A stretch of DNA of 64,000 nucleotides from an uncultured virus (IMG/VR IMGVR_UViG_3300027917_000001) (Duplodnaviria > Heunggongvirae > Uroviricota > Caudoviricetes): IMG/VR virus record IMGVR_UViG_3300027917_000001, one strand, 5' to 3'. Of this stretch, positions 63,191 through 64,000 are shown one piece after another; the first letter of the stretch is position 1; every line of letters starts with the position of its first letter. Under the pieces are notes generated by a model. The model saw only the letters and a program-made list of their open reading frames with translations. It searched no databases and was not told the origin of the DNA. A program made the position numbers and the translations under genes.

Positions 63191-64000
63191 ATGTCTGGTG
63201 AAGGGCAAGTGGCTAGTGGCCGAGTCACAGAAGACGAGCTGTTGGGCGCAGCCGTCGCAGCGGCCACCGACCAACACTTCGACAAACTGTCGGAGGCAGA
63301 CGCTGAGACTGACGAGACCCCGGAGGTAACCGACACGGACCCCGAGGGCAACGAGGAGGTCGAAGGCGAAGGGGAGGTCGAGGGCGATGAGGCCGAGGGG
63401 ACCAAGGACCTTGACGAAGACGACGAGGCAACCGAGGACTCCGATGAGGAAGAGGAAGAGGAAGACGAAGACCTCACGCCAAGGCAAGGAGATGGACGCT
63501 TTGAGAAGCGATTCTCGAAAGTAGACCCCAACTCACTGCCCGAAGAGCTGAAGCCCATATACCGATCCATGCAGTCTGACTACACCCAGAAGACGATGGA
63601 AGCGGCGAAGTTGAGGGCAGAGGCTCAGGAAGTCCTGAACGCCGTGAAGGAGTTCGAGGATACGCTGAACACGCCTCAGGGACTAACGGACCTGATCATT
63701 CAAGCGTGGCAGTCGGACCCGGATACTTTCACGAAGGCGATCGAGCGGATCGACCAGCTATCGACAGAGCCACGCGAACGCGAGATTTGGGAGCGCGAGC
63801 AACAGCTCAGACAGCAGGAGATCAGACTCAAGCAGCAACAGCGTCAGATCGTCGCCGGTAGCGAGCAGGAAGTCCTCATGCAAACCATCTCGAAGATCCG
63901 ACAGATGGAGGAGGACACAGGGCTTCCGTATGACATGATCGAGGAGTATGTGACAGCCAAGCTAGTCACTCTGCGCGGTGCGAAGGGTGGACTACCTGCA
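63191..64000 (+). CDS. Capsid scaffolding protein (3' partial)
   Basis: Open to the window end; very acidic N-terminus, 'MQSDYTQKT' motif, coiled coil; absent from the ORF track because there is no stop. Confidence 0.75.
   Translation, partial: MSGEGQVASGRVTEDELLGAAVAAATDQHFDKLSEADAETDETPEVTDTDPEGNEEVEGEGEVEGDEAEGTKDLDEDDEATEDSDEEEEEEDEDLTPRQGDGRFEKRFSKVDPNSLPEELKPIYRSMQSDYTQKTMEAAKLRAEAQEVLNAVKEFEDTLNTPQGLTDLIIQAWQSDPDTFTKAIERIDQLSTEPREREIWEREQQLRQQEIRLKQQQRQIVAGSEQEVLMQTISKIRQMEEDTGLPYDMIEEYVTAKLVTLRGAKGGLPA

Noticed and set aside
62908..63570. Ser-rich minus-strand ORF and other long antisense ORFs
   Set aside because: Shadows of acidic + strand genes (here the scaffold gene)
1..64000. 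Alternative genetic code, integrase/prophage, or insertion sequence
   Set aside because: Genes are intact in code 11, and no suppressor tRNA, integrase, transposase or host flanking genes were recognised

Overview
This window is most of the genome of a tailed dsDNA phage with podovirus-like architecture. No integrase, DNA polymerase or primase was recognised, and the major capsid gene probably lies just beyond the right edge. + strand 1-16.4 kb: tail tube/nozzle proteins, internal (ejection) proteins, a lysis cassette (holin-like protein, GH108 endolysin, spanin-like protein), a metallophosphoesterase and a resolvase. - strand 16.3-36.8 kb: DnaB helicase, Rnl2-type RNA ligase, Cas4-like nuclease and about 45 small early-type genes, interrupted by an inverted GNAT/TerS-like island. 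36.8-38.1 kb: a non-coding divergence region. + strand 38-64 kb: small genes, a tRNA/ncRNA operon, ssb, terminase, portal, about 12 kb of appendage/tail-fibre genes and the start of the scaffold gene. The strongest signals are non-coding. They include back-to-back sigma54 (-24/-12) promoters around an IHF-like palindrome, a promoter-terminator sRNA complementary to a ribosome-binding site, a ~260-nt multi-stem RNA with an anti-Shine-Dalgarno loop, and promoter-leader-terminator units in front of late genes. There are also tRNA-like minihelices among the early genes and a mini-gene array stitched from 22-26 bp near-identical patches. Protein calls come from motif recognition by eye; no database searches or folding programs were run.
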